Assembly (NCBI GenBank): GCA_002256025.1
Contig: NKIB01014536.1
Span: 1 to 42,707 of the forward strand
From: Asterionella formosa
Taxonomy: Eukaryota
Reading direction: 5' to 3'
DNA length: 42,707 nucleotides
The notes under the pieces are model-generated. The model worked only from the letters and a program-made list of their open reading frames with translations, was not told the DNA's origin and did not search any database. Shown one piece after another: positions 1 through 10,039 of this stretch. Within the stretch, counting starts at the first letter, position 1. Every line of letters begins with the position of its first letter. The translations under genes were made by a program, and so were the position numbers.

Positions 1-693
1 CCCTTTCGTGTAGAAGGCCTGTTCACTCTTGTTCTTGTTAGTCGTTTTGACGTCATCCCGGACATATAGATCGTAGTAGTCCCGGATGTCTGTCTTAATC
101 TCTTCGACCGTTAGCGTGTTGCGCGCCAGGCCGAACCTTCCTACTACCAAACTCTTGTAGCTTTCAGGTAGGTTGTTGATCATGTGTGCCACATAGGCAC
201 CATCCGAAACGGCGGAGCTCGTATTGCCCAATCGTTCCCGGATTCGATCCAACTCCACATACCAGCTGTCGGGGTTCTCGTTTTCCCCTAGAGTGCACTT
301 CGTCCATTGGTGGGACAAGGCAATGACATTCGCCATGTTGCCTGACTCATACGTAGAAATGAGCTTGTCCCATGCTTCTTTAGCATTGCCGTTAGGAAAC
401 TCGGCACTTCTTGCATTATTTACGTGTCCGAATGGCCCACTCTGGCATGCCATTATCAGACTTGCGTAAGCAACTGTGTTGCTCCTTCGGATGCGTCTCT
501 CGTCAGCATCCGACAACACGATCGTATCGCCCTTTAGGTCTTTCTCTCCTCTTGGTAGTTCGTCACCGTTAAGTATTCCTTGAAAGTTCTTGTAGCACGC
601 GTATGCGAGAAACTTCGCTTTCCACATGTGCCATTTAGCATCTTGCCCATCGAATGTCGGCAACCTCACTGACGTGTCTTCGTCACTTCCCAT
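1..693 (-). CDS. Ty1/Copia LTR retrotransposon gag (N-terminal part of gag-pol, runs off the window)
   Basis: Not in the ORF track because it has no stop in the window. My translation from ATG at 693 gives 231 uninterrupted codons: MGSDEDTSVRLPTFDGQDAKWHMWKAKFLAYA...GNAKEAWDKLISTYE...ENPDSWYVELDRIRERL...HMINNLPESYKSLV. These are the F-D-G-x4-W-x2-W, A-x2-AW-x2-L-x3-YE and LP-x2-Y motifs of Copia gag (UBN2-type). Confidence 0.88.
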   Translation of the reverse strand, partial: MGSDEDTSVRLPTFDGQDAKWHMWKAKFLAYACYKNFQGILNGDELPRGEKDLKGDTIVLSDADERRIRRSNTVAYASLIMACQSGPFGHVNNARSAEFPNGNAKEAWDKLISTYESGNMANVIALSHQWTKCTLGENENPDSWYVELDRIRERLGNTSSAVSDGAYVAHMINNLPESYKSLVVGRFGLARNTLTVEEIKTDIRDYYDLYVRDDVKTTNKNKSEQAFYTKG

Positions 694-792
694 GGTTCCT
701 GAGTAGCCTGTGGCCTTAAAGTGAACGCTTTAAAGCGTGTTGAAAGGTCTCGTACTCCTTCCCGTCTGACGGGTTCCTCTTACGTAGAACTT

Positions 793-805
793 ACCTGCTA
801 TACCA
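793..805 (-). promoter_or_regulatory. Putative primer-binding site of the Copia element
   Basis: Minus strand reads TGGTATAGCAGGT (TGG is complementary to tRNA 3' CCA), ~100 bp upstream of the gag ATG and 7 bp from a candidate LTR end. Confidence 0.5.
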
Positions 806-812
806 CTAGTAT

Positions 813-1150
813 TGTTATCTTCTTTCTGCTGCTAGCCTTCGTGCTAGTTTTCGCTATTGACCTTACTCTGTCAATTCTCACTGTTTCTTAATTATAAGAT
901 TAAACTAAAACTAAGTTTCAATCCCATTCATCACACTTCGAGAACCTGTTCTTCGTGTTCCCTTTTCGTTGATGTAAACCTTCTTCTGATTGATCTAAGA
1001 CATCAATCTCGTTAGCAAGCTTCTTGACATGGGAACGCACCATTTGACTCATTGGACTATAGTCGAGTCCACAGTCCTTGTGACTCATTATAGTCATTGA
1101 TGCTATATTCTTGACAGACTAATACCGTAGTCTTCTTCAATCATAAAACA
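813..1150 (-). repeat. Candidate 5' LTR of the Copia element
   Basis: Bounded by TGTT (813) and AACA (1147-1150), ~340 bp, adjacent to the PBS-like site. The second LTR is outside the window, so the boundaries are unverified. Confidence 0.45.
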
Positions 1151-1262
1151 AACTCCGAAATCGGTTCTATTAACTATAGGTACACCTAGTTGTACCAGTA
1201 ATCAATCTAATAAATATTGATGGACCATTCGTTGTCTCGTGTAACGTGTTTTAAATCTAATT

Positions 1263-2606
1263 TTAGCCATACTTTTCGCATGTGTCGGAACTCAGCCCAC
1301 AGAGTTCAAGCCCAACGCCTTCGATCTGGTCTTGATTGACATTTTTATCCGCTTGCGTAGACAAAGTACTGAGAGAACTGGTAGAAATGATATCCCCGAC
1401 ATTATTCGTTGACCCAGTCGGCATACTGACATAGTAGCTGTCAGTGTGCTGGATGGGTGAAGGATTCCTGGGTTCCACAATGGACGAGACTGACCCAGCA
1501 ACGCTTCCTCTACTACTTTGTCTGGTCACTAAGGGAGTATTAGCGGCCGTTGAAACTGCAGGCAGCTCTAGTCCGTGCAAAGCATCAAAGGCGCCACAGA
1601 CGCTGTGCCGTCGATCATATAGTAGTTCGGCATGTTGTCCTTGTAGACATCCAAATTGGTTAGGGTCTGATACAAACGCCTGAAGTGAGCGTGAGACGAA
1701 ATGAATCGCTGTGGCGAGGGGCCACATCAACACCAATGATACGGCAATAATCAACCATCCATACATTTTTCGGTCTTCGGGCAAGTGATTGATGGCAAGA
1801 GCAGCCCCAACGACGGTAACCAACACTAATGTTGCACCCAGTGAAAGGGAAAGTTTCTTCTTTATTTCACGGCTTTCCGTTTGCAAAATTGCTTTCTGGT
1901 AGTCTTTTTCCCAATCGCGCTGGAGCACACCCGACGTCGGATCATCCGGCAATACCAAAATGTCAACATTGGCAAAGCCAACTTCCAGAAAGTGTTGAGT
2001 CTGAAAAGGTTTGCGGACCTTCATTGAATATCCAGCGGGTCCTTCAACGACATAATCAATTAATGCATAGTAACGTGGAATTCCCATGGATACAGAGCCC
2101 CCCGCCACATCACAAGTGGCTTGCAAGACGTGACCTTTTATCAAAATACCCTCCGTGGCAAAACGCTTCACTAGCGGGTTAACATTAGCAGCAACAAGCC
2201 ACACAGTCCACCCAAGAGCAATGGCCATACAAAAAAAAATGTCTGATAATCGCGTGTAAGTGACAGTCTCTTCTTCTGTGTTCTTGACTCTCCAGAATAT
2301 TTGAATGGGAGTGGGTGCTGGTGTGGGGGTTGGAGCTATACTGGACGTTTGGTCCCGACCGCCTTGCAGTTCTCTATTTGTAGAATATTCGTAAGCGTAG
2401 AAATTTTCCGGTACTATTGCTTCCGGTAATTGTAGGTCAGTAGATTGGGCTGCAGCTGAAAATTCATTGCTGAAACAGCTTGTCACCAAAGATGCTATCG
2501 ACAGCAGCACAAAAGTAGACAAAGGTCGGCGTCGAAAGGTACATTGCATTTGTTTTTGTCGTGCGCTCGTGTGTGTTGCAAGTGTTGGTCGAGCTAGTGG
2601 TGCCAT
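1263..2606 (-). CDS. Uncharacterised membrane protein (N-terminal signal, about 3 further TM segments, Ser-rich C-tail)
   Basis: Long uninterrupted ORF. First ATG is at 2606 (alternative 2549). Hydrophobic segments FVLLSIASLVTSCF, IFFCMAIALGWTVWLV, LSLSLGATLVLVTVVGAALAI and GWLIIAVSLVLMWPLA; RELQ motif and PTPTPAPTP linker after the signal. Confidence 0.8.
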   Translation of the reverse strand: MAPLARPTLATHTSARQKQMQCTFRRRPLSTFVLLSIASLVTSCFSNEFSAAAQSTDLQLPEAIVPENFYAYEYSTNRELQGGRDQTSSIAPTPTPAPTPIQIFWRVKNTEEETVTYTRLSDIFFCMAIALGWTVWLVAANVNPLVKRFATEGILIKGHVLQATCDVAGGSVSMGIPRYYALIDYVVEGPAGYSMKVRKPFQTQHFLEVGFANVDILVLPDDPTSGVLQRDWEKDYQKAILQTESREIKKKLSLSLGATLVLVTVVGAALAINHLPEDRKMYGWLIIAVSLVLMWPLATAIHFVSRSLQAFVSDPNQFGCLQGQHAELLYDRRHSVCGAFDALHGLELPAVSTAANTPLVTRQSSRGSVAGSVSSIVEPRNPSPIQHTDSYYVSMPTGSTNNVGDIISTSSLSTLSTQADKNVNQDQIEGVGLELCGLSSDTCEKYG

Positions 2607-2847
2607 TGCTTTCTGCGAAAGCTGTTCGCGCGTCTCGACAGCTTCCGCAGTCAACACCGGAAAGAGCGCAATGGGTGAAAGAGTAGCAGATCAATGTAGC
2701 TTTGGGCTTTGGACAATCATTTGAATGTTGTTCTTTATGCGGGTGTGGAAAAACTTCGAGCAATACACACTGTCCTACGTATATCCAAATACGACTGTAA
2801 TCCTGAAATAGAAGGAGTATTTGTTTAATTAACATGTGTATGTAGGA

Positions 2848-3734
2848 TACCGGTACATCGGTAGAAGACGATATCATTGCCAGGGAGTAACAGGTACCAG
2901 GTACCAGGTAATCTCCTTGTTTTATGTAGCTACAGGTTTACTGGTTGTCTACCGGTATTCTACTTGCTCCGTCGGCATAAACGTATATGTACATGAATTT
3001 CCAAACATAGTCTAGGAAAAGTACCCGTTGTCGATTCAGCAGGCAGAGCCATCTTTTCCAATCCCATGCATGATCAATGTTGGATAGCCAACCCCTCCTC
3101 CTCGCTCATGATGGCACACGCTAAGTAACACCGCCTCAGAACCAGGTAGACTACCGGTACCGGTATTTGAGCTGCTGTAGTATGTACCTGCAAGTTGCGG
3201 TCATTTTGCTTAAATAAACAATTTAATATGGGATAAAGATAGCTAAAGTTTTGGTTTCAGCACAATTACCGGTACCGCACCAAGCAACTTGCTGGTCCAT
3301 GTGGTACGCATCGTAATTTTTACCGGCTCCTCTTGATCACATCCTGTGGTGTTTCGTCTGTTGTTATGTGTGGTACCAGGTAGTTGTTCATCAAATATCT
3401 AGGTACTTTTTACTTTTAATTACCAGACTACCGGTGCTCCGGGGGTTGCTTTCTATGGACACATGAATACCACCACTGTTTGTCGGTAACAAACAAGTTA
3501 AAAAATATTTTAGATCATTTGGAACAGGAGAGTGCTAGATGATGACAAACCATTCCGTGTAACATCACCTTTCTGTGTTTTCTTCTTCTGCATATCATGA
3601 ATTTTTTTCTCTTTCCTGCATTGCTAACAATTCGCAAGCGTTAGGGTTGCGGACGATTTTGAGACACCCGCACGTTTCAACCACCAAAATTAAAGCAACT
3701 GTTTCTCAATGAATTAGCTACATGACTACCGGTA
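2848..3734. repeat. Cluster of TA-CC(W)GG-TA motifs (putative transposon excision footprints)
   Basis: TACCGGTA at 2848, 2950, 3267 and 3727; TACCAGGTACCAGGTA 2895-2910; TACCGGTACCGGTA 3152-3165; TACCAGGTA 3374. Confidence 0.7.
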
Positions 3735-3735
3735 G

Positions 3736-5175
3736 TTAGTATCGTTCCTTGGCTTCCTTGAGACACTTTTTCCTCCACGCCACCATGTCCACGGGATGAG
3801 TAAGCTCCGAAGCGTCCTCATCTTGCTTCCAAATTTTGACAGTCTTGTCTGCCTCACAGGTGATCAAACGAGTTCCTGTCAAGTCAAAGGTCGATGCATA
3901 AATGCCATTCTCAGCATCCAAACTTCCTGGTTGCGCCTTGGAGGATGTCTCTTGAAAGCAATAACCAGTTTGGTAATCCCAAAATTGCATGGAACCATCA
4001 TCTCCACCACTCACTACAACCCCATCATCATTAACTGACAGCGAATTAATCACAGCATTGTGCCCCGTCATGGATTTCAAAAAGCGTCCATCCTTGCCTT
4101 GCCATTTCTTGAGGCAATCAGCGGCTCCACTAATGAAAGTATTTTCAAACGTTGGTTGTGCCAAGGCTCGAACACTTTTTTGATGGTTTGTCAAGGTGGA
4201 CATGCACTTGCCAGCCACCAAATCCCATAATTTGATGGTAGTGTCATGTGAGCCAGTTATAATTTGTGGATCCGTCGCTTTCGTCAATACACTTGCCACT
4301 GTATGATCATGTCCTGACAAACAATGTATTTGTGTCTTTGTTCGTATATCCCAAACTCGTGCCACAGCATCACGTCCACCAGTGACCAAAATATCCAAGG
4401 TCGGGTGCAGTGCCAAACAAAAGATTCCACTCAAATGTCCGTGATAGTGTCGAATGACTTGATTGGTTTCCAAGTCCCAACATTTGATTTGTTTGTCTTC
4501 TCCCGCACTGAATAGGTACGGATGTCGTTCCGAGAATGCCAATCCACGTACTGGAGAAATATGACCAGTTAATGTAATTTTCAATGCATCCGAGGCTCCA
4601 GTACTAGCCTTGGCCAAATCCCATACTTTAATGACACGGTCGGCTCCACCTGTGGCAAACATATCATTTGTAGGGTCCATGGCTACTGATCGTACCCATC
4701 CTAAATGAGACGATAGGACGGTAGCTAGTTTCCATGGCGCATGCCATTGGGGTGTCAAGGCACTGCTGGCGAGTGTCTGTGCCATTGTTTTGGTGCCAGT
4801 GGTCAAAATGCTTACTGGTGTATTTTGTAAAACTTGTGCGCGTTCTTCTAATCTAGCCAAGACTCCAGTCTTTGTACTATTCGTTGTAGTATTTGGAGTC
4901 TTATTCGTGGATGCCACTACCATTGCATGGTTTGTCGTTTTGTTTGCAGTAACAGTAGTTGTTTGTTGGTTGTAGTGAGTGTACAATCGTCGAGCTAGTG
5001 CAGCTTCTCGAAGTCGTTCATCTTCTCGTGGAATGAATGCCACATGGGCACTGCGATTAAAGAGATCTCGTGCTCGTTTAAGAGAAAGACGTGCTGATTC
5101 GGCTGCCAGTTGCTGCTGTTGCTGCTGTTGCTGCTGTTGTTCCGACAACAACGACGTCAAAGGTAACGACGACAT
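3736..5175 (-). CDS. PLRG1: Pleiotropic regulator 1 / Prp46, WD40 spliceosomal (Prp19/NTC complex) protein
   Basis: 479 aa with the diagnostic [57 protein letters not shown] and [15 protein letters not shown] motifs; Q10 tract near the N-terminus (5110-5139). Confidence 0.96.
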   Translation of the reverse strand: MSSLPLTSLLSEQQQQQQQQQQLAAESARLSLKRARDLFNRSAHVAFIPREDERLREAALARRLYTHYNQQTTTVTANKTTNHAMVVASTNKTPNTTTNSTKTGVLARLEERAQVLQNTPVSILTTGTKTMAQTLASSALTPQWHAPWKLATVLSSHLGWVRSVAMDPTNDMFATGGADRVIKVWDLAKASTGASDALKITLTGHISPVRGLAFSERHPYLFSAGEDKQIKCWDLETNQVIRHYHGHLSGIFCLALHPTLDILVTGGRDAVARVWDIRTKTQIHCLSGHDHTVASVLTKATDPQIITGSHDTTIKLWDLVAGKCMSTLTNHQKSVRALAQPTFENTFISGAADCLKKWQGKDGRFLKSMTGHNAVINSLSVNDDGVVVSGGDDGSMQFWDYQTGYCFQETSSKAQPGSLDAENGIYASTFDLTGTRLITCEADKTVKIWKQDEDASELTHPVDMVAWRKKCLKEAKERY

Positions 5176-5528
5176 GATGATGGTAGTGAATTGAGGGGAT
5201 GAAATAACATTTGGAGTTGCAAATATAGCGGCATACTAAGAGTCTACATGCCGTATATGGTATCCTTGGAAGGTCCGGTTGCGCACGTTTTATGCGCACC
5301 TTTTCAATTTCGACGCACGACTCCTGATGAACAGATCGTATGCCTGCCAGATGAGATAGACTGGCTTTTCATTCCAAACTCTCTGAAGTAACTTTCTTCA
5401 ATGTTAGATTATCATTCACTAAAACCAAGTCGTGTTCTGATCATCGAAATCGTGTTCACCACCTACTACTGGTAATGGTATTCAGCAACTGGATGACGGT
5501 TTGCTAATGGAATTCACCAAGCAATGCA

Positions 5529-5660
5529 TCAGTAACTTCTAGTCGTAGTCGGCAGTTTTCAAGTCATAGTCAGCAGATTCGTGTTGCTGTCAGCAAATTC
5601 TAATTGCTGTAGCAAGTTCTAGTAGTTGTCATCAGATTTCTACTAGTAGTATCAGCAGTC
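5529..5660. repeat. Degenerate short-period tandem repeat (core GTCAGCAG/ATTC)
   Basis: Recurring variants gtcggcagttttc, gtcagcagattc, gtcagcaaattct, gtagcaagttct, gtcatcagatttct at roughly 20-bp spacing. Confidence 0.5.
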
Positions 5661-6442
5661 ATGAACAAAAGAGTCATTTTGAAAATTTGAATGGATTATT
5701 AATCAACATTACTTAATCAAATATAGAATCAAACAAAATTTCGTTTGACCTACAGATTACTGTAGAGTAGCAATTGTCAAATCTGTTTGTAACTTCATCC
5801 AGCATGGAGAATTTCGTTATTTTCGACATGGTCAAGGTGCAGACAGCATGATGCAGGATTCTCCAGCCACGCACAAGAACTATACTTTTGCGTTTTATAG
5901 ACAGAAAGAAATCGCAACATCTGAGCAAAATAATTATATACTAGCTTCTAAAGGTCTACCTTGGATACAGGGTGATGGGTGACAGAAAAATCATTAAGGG
6001 TTCCACCCCTGGAGTAACCGGCACCTAGGTGATTGACATGTCCAAACTTGGTAGCCATCATGCCAGAAGAAAGAAACTAAAAGAAGAAAGTAAGGGATGA
6101 GGGCCAGCCGATGTAAATTAAAACAACAGAAGAAGTGTTGACATGATGGGCAATTGAAATTCTGGATTCCACTCGTTGGTGCATGCTAGATACCGGTAGT
6201 GGTATGTGGTATGCATATTTACTATCTTCATACCGGTAGTTTATTATCATGCCGCTGTTACGGCGGAGTAATATACCAACCTGTAAATGACACAGGTATT
6301 CATTCATTAATAAAAGATTCCAAGTACTCGTACCAGATGGCTCATGGCAGCTTCACCGCCACGACATCATGTTGAGGAAAGTCAAATTGATTTTGAAGAC
6401 GAACCGACAACCTAGTTAGTAAAGGAGGTTTTGCACAGGACG

Positions 6443-7285
6443 ATGACTACCTTGACCCTTTCCAACTGCTACACCCCGCTGGTGGTGACGACCCCCTCAT
6501 CCTCTGACCAGCAAGTCGATCCCATAATACAAAGTCCAACCGGTATTAGTGCTAGTGCTATTCGCTCTGGTATTGTTGGTTCTAGAAGCAACGGCGACGG
6601 TCAAACACGAAGCGCATCGCAACTTCGACGCCTTCATCTCGCGGTTGACATTTCCTCGACGGCTCTTGGCAGTTCGTTGGTGGAACTCGGTCATTCCAAA
6701 GTCCTTTGCCATGTCGTACATGGAGATGTCAATGCCTCCAATGTGGAAGAAGGAGTGGTTGAAGTGACTGTGGAGTGGGCAACAAACTTCGGGCTCGTGG
6801 CCTTGCCAGAGGTGTCAGGGCTGGACCAGCACACCGCGGCACGGACCACCTCGACGAAAACCATGTCGGTGGACTATGCTACCAAAATTAAGGAGGCTCT
6901 GTTACCTGCCATGGTGTCTCTGCAGCATCTCCCCAAAGCCGTCATTTCCGTGGTACTGACAATACTACAAGACGATGGGAGTATCCTTTCTGCTTGTATC
7001 ATGGCGGCGTCATTGGCATTGAGCAACGCTTCCTTGGAACTCTATGATTTAGTCACCTCGTGTACGGTGTGTTGTATGGACAACGGCGTTGTACTGGTCG
7101 ATCCAACCTCGGACGAGCTTGACGCGTCGTTGGGGTCGTTGACATTGACCATGCTGTATGGCTGGAAAGAAGTGACACATTGGCAACAAACTGGGGCAGT
7201 TGTGGGATCAAAAGCCATGGATTTGGCAAAGGAAGGATGCCGAACGTTGGCCAAATTTATGCGAGAATGTTTGGTTCAGTCATGA
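6443..7285 (+). CDS. Exosome complex RNase PH-domain subunit (Mtr3/EXOSC6- or Rrp41-like)
   Basis: RSASQLR, GSSLVELGHSKVLCHV, LPKAVISVVLTILQDDGSILSACIMAASLAL..ASLELYDLV and LVDPTSDE match RNase PH domains 1 and 2. First ATG is at 6443. Confidence 0.88.
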   Translation: MTTLTLSNCYTPLVVTTPSSSDQQVDPIIQSPTGISASAIRSGIVGSRSNGDGQTRSASQLRRLHLAVDISSTALGSSLVELGHSKVLCHVVHGDVNASNVEEGVVEVTVEWATNFGLVALPEVSGLDQHTAARTTSTKTMSVDYATKIKEALLPAMVSLQHLPKAVISVVLTILQDDGSILSACIMAASLALSNASLELYDLVTSCTVCCMDNGVVLVDPTSDELDASLGSLTLTMLYGWKEVTHWQQTGAVVGSKAMDLAKEGCRTLAKFMRECLVQS

Positions 7286-7446
7286 TAATAGTTTAGTCTA
7301 GTCTAGTAGTCAGTAGATGTATCATTGTTCCCATTGCTCTCTAATTAACATGAGTTACAGTAAATAGTATAGTACAGTACGGCAAGCCAAGCCAAGCACA
7401 GGCCTAAAGTAATCACATCCTGGTATTTTGCGCGTCTGCTTTTCTT

Positions 7447-8391
7447 TTAATCAATACAAATCGCATCCTCTTCATTAAGTCCAGAAGCAGGAGCTGGTTG
7501 TGCCATTACGCATTGTCGTTTAGGTGGTGGTGGTTGATTGGGGTTCAAGATCTGTTGTCGCTGAAAAAAAGAGGAGTGAATTATGAATGTATGGCCCAAC
7601 AATCCAAACAACCAACCATCACACACACATCCACTCACCTCTCCCTCAGAAAGGGTCAAATCCGTATTTCGTTCGAAATATGGTTCAACATCGTCTGCTG
7701 AAAAGATGCCCCCCATTTGAATCAACTTATAAATGATGTTGTCCACATGTATCATGGGCAGTGTCGTCACTTCCCTTCGACACATGTGACATTGTGTCGA
7801 TACACAATTCCTACAATACAAATGTCCACAAGGATGACAAGCTGTTGTTTTGACAAAAATATTCAAACATACAGCACAAATGAATTCATCGTCGACTCCA
7901 TGTTGTTGTTGTTGATCCAAGAAGTATGGTTCTTGTTCGTGGATTGGTGGTAGCAGTGGTGTGTGCTGGTCGGTAGAACTCGAACAAGTACTCGAACTAG
8001 TAGTGGTGGTAGTGCGCATCCGCACCTTGTATTGATAATGGTCCTGATCAAAGAGAGAAACGATATCTTGATCAGCCAAAACAAGTGGGAGCTTGACGAG
8101 AGCTCCATTCACGTGTACGGAATGAATCGACTTGAGCGGTGTCAACAGTAGCTCATCATTTCCAGTGTATTGAATCCGACACAAGTGTCTCGAAATATGT
8201 ATCATGGATATTTGGGTGGTCCGATTCCGTCCCAACGTGAGCGGCAATCGCCCAAACACGAACAACGTCGGACGTTCCTTGGACCCTTCCAACAGCACTT
8301 CGAGTGGTTTGTGGAGTGGAACGAGATCACAAATGACAGGCGGTGGGCTACTATTACTACCGCAGTTGCTGGCGATGACCTGAGTTGGCAT
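7447..8391 (-). CDS. FHA + C3HC4 RING E3 ubiquitin ligase (CHFR/RNF8-like); probable intron 7561-7638
   Basis: FHA: LTLGRN...ISRHLCRI...VHVNG. RING: CAVC...PCGHLYCRNC...CHMCR. Minus-strand GAG|GTGAGT donor at 7638 and TTTTTTCAG acceptor at 7561 define a 78-nt in-frame intron, giving ...SEGE|RQQILN. Confidence 0.85.
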   Translation of the reverse strand: MPTQVIASNCGSNSSPPPVICDLVPLHKPLEVLLEGSKERPTLFVFGRLPLTLGRNRTTQISMIHISRHLCRIQYTGNDELLLTPLKSIHSVHVNGALVKLPLVLADQDIVSLFDQDHYQYKVRMRTTTTTSSSTCSSSTDQHTPLLPPIHEQEPYFLDQQQQHGVDDEFICAVCLNIFVKTTACHPCGHLYCRNCVSTQCHMCRREVTTLPMIHVDNIIYKLIQMGGIFSADDVEPYFERNTDLTLSEGEVSGCVCDGWLFGLLGHTFIIHSSFFQRQQILNPNQPPPPKRQCVMAQPAPASGLNEEDAICID

Positions 8392-8663
8392 GGTGATGAA
8401 GAATGTTGCAACAAGGTTGTGTGTGCAACAAAATCTGTTTTTGGGGTCTTACGTATGGTTCCTTGTATTTCGCTTCATTGGTTAAACTACAACTTCTTGA
8501 ATACGTATATTACCGGTATATGATATTCAAATGTACATATATCATATGAAGCACACAGCCATTTGATTGTTCGTTGCTGGCTGGCGTAAGCAAGAATCAT
8601 GTGCTTGTTTGGCTGGTGCTCATAAGACAAATGATTCTCCCTCCATGGTTTTATGACCCTGGG

Positions 8664-9000
8664 TGTTGGAAAAATACGAGCTGACCGCCACAGGACAGAA
8701 GTTATGGGTGTAGTAGACAATAGAGAGAACAGTATGGTAAAGCCAGTGCCAAGCAGTACCTGGGCTGATGTGGTAAGAGGGACACAAGCAAAAGCAATCA
8801 GAGGCCAGGAAATGTTGAAATGCAATAAAAGTAACAAGAGTGTTTCGAGACCATTATCTCGAAACAATCCAGTTAGGTTAAGTGAAAGTTTGAGTTGACT
8901 TCCTCATTGCTATCAATTTCATCAACTGTGTTCGATTGACATAGTACTAGGTTCAAGGAGGCCTAGTACAATATGGTCGATTATGGTAGTTTTAACAACA
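8664..9000 (+). repeat. Candidate 5' LTR of a decayed CoDi-type Copia element
   Basis: TGTTG (8664) ... CAACA (8996-9000) inverted termini, 337 bp. Followed immediately by PBS-like TGGTTTCGCGA (9001) and then gag-region coding sequence. Confidence 0.65.
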
Positions 9001-9068
9001 TGGTTTCGCGATATAAATAAAAATAAAAACATTGAAACAAAAAGGTAACCAGCCGTTTTGAGACTCAC

Positions 9069-9408
9069 ATGGAAGGCACGAGCATTGGCACTTTAATCAT
9101 GGAATTGGATGCTTTACAGATTCGAGTAGCGCAGCTTGCTTGAGGCCGCAGCCACCAAACAAGGAGCCAACAGCGACATTGGAAGAGTGACTGCGACTAG
9201 TTTCAGGAAAGGGGATCGCGTCAGGATCACGAACCAAGTACTAGCACCAGCAACTTGGTCAGGCGAAATTGAGTGTAACAAGACACAGGCAAAAAGGGCC
9301 ACTGTAACACATATATACAAAAGGGCAGCCAAGTGTACTATTTTGTGACCGAGCGATAACAGGATCAAGACCTGGCGAGTGGTGAACAATTTGAAGAGAA
9401 TTGACTAA
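9069..9408 (+). pseudogene. Small ORF upstream of gag (coiled coil plus KOW/SH3-like beta domain), frameshifted
   Basis: MEGTSIGTLIMELDALQIRVAQL / ...FRKGDRVRITNQV...RATVTHI...DNRIKTWRVVNNLKRID*, located between the PBS and the gag start. Contains a frameshift and a stop. Confidence 0.55.
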
Positions 9409-9416
9409 CGAACCCC

Positions 9417-9600
9417 ATGAGCGCCACCCCAGACGCAACGATGATTGGCAGCTTGGCGAGTGGCTGGGCAGCACCAGTGGGCAAGGACAAAGGAGCAATC
9501 GTCCGCGCGGCAGCCATGGCAGGCAGGTAGGGACACAAACGACAAGCAACAACCGTGGCACTTTCAAGGGTAGCACAGAGGGCATGACCGGAAATGTCTG
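9417..9600 (+). pseudogene. Copia (CoDi-type) gag N-terminus, truncated
   Basis: Gly/Arg-rich start followed by RGTFKGSTEGMTGNV, resembling the FKG-x4-M-x-GNVF motif I recall from diatom Copia gag. Abrupt switch to AT-rich DNA at ~9601. Confidence 0.6.
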
Positions 9601-10039
9601 CAAATTAAAGTATCATGCATATAGGCTAGGATCAAGGGTATTGTACGCTAGTAAGTGGCACAGGATTTTCATAGCTATGTATGATAATTTTTGGATCAAA
9701 ACTATGATCAAGGTATCCTGTAACTATGATGATTTATTAATATTTTACCAACCTTGAAGTATAATGATAATAAGAACATTATCATCACACAATGTATATC
9801 AACTGATCAACAAAATTTCTTATCAATATCATTAACCTTCTCATGTTATTTTCACTTATCATGATTGTCAAATGTAAATTATTACTACAACGCATCCTAA
9901 AATCAGCTAAACTCTATGCTATCATGTGAATTGTTTCATCGTATATCTATCTTAAACATCATCATAATAGAAATCACAAGGAATGGAACAGATCTTAATT
10001 TAATTAACAAATTTAGCAATGATATTTCTGTTTCGACAG

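Noticed and set aside
6421..6442. AAAGGAGG Shine-Dalgarno-like site and TTG start at 6431
   Set aside because: The gene is a eukaryotic exosome subunit among intron-containing genes. ATG 6443 is the likely start and the match is probably chance.
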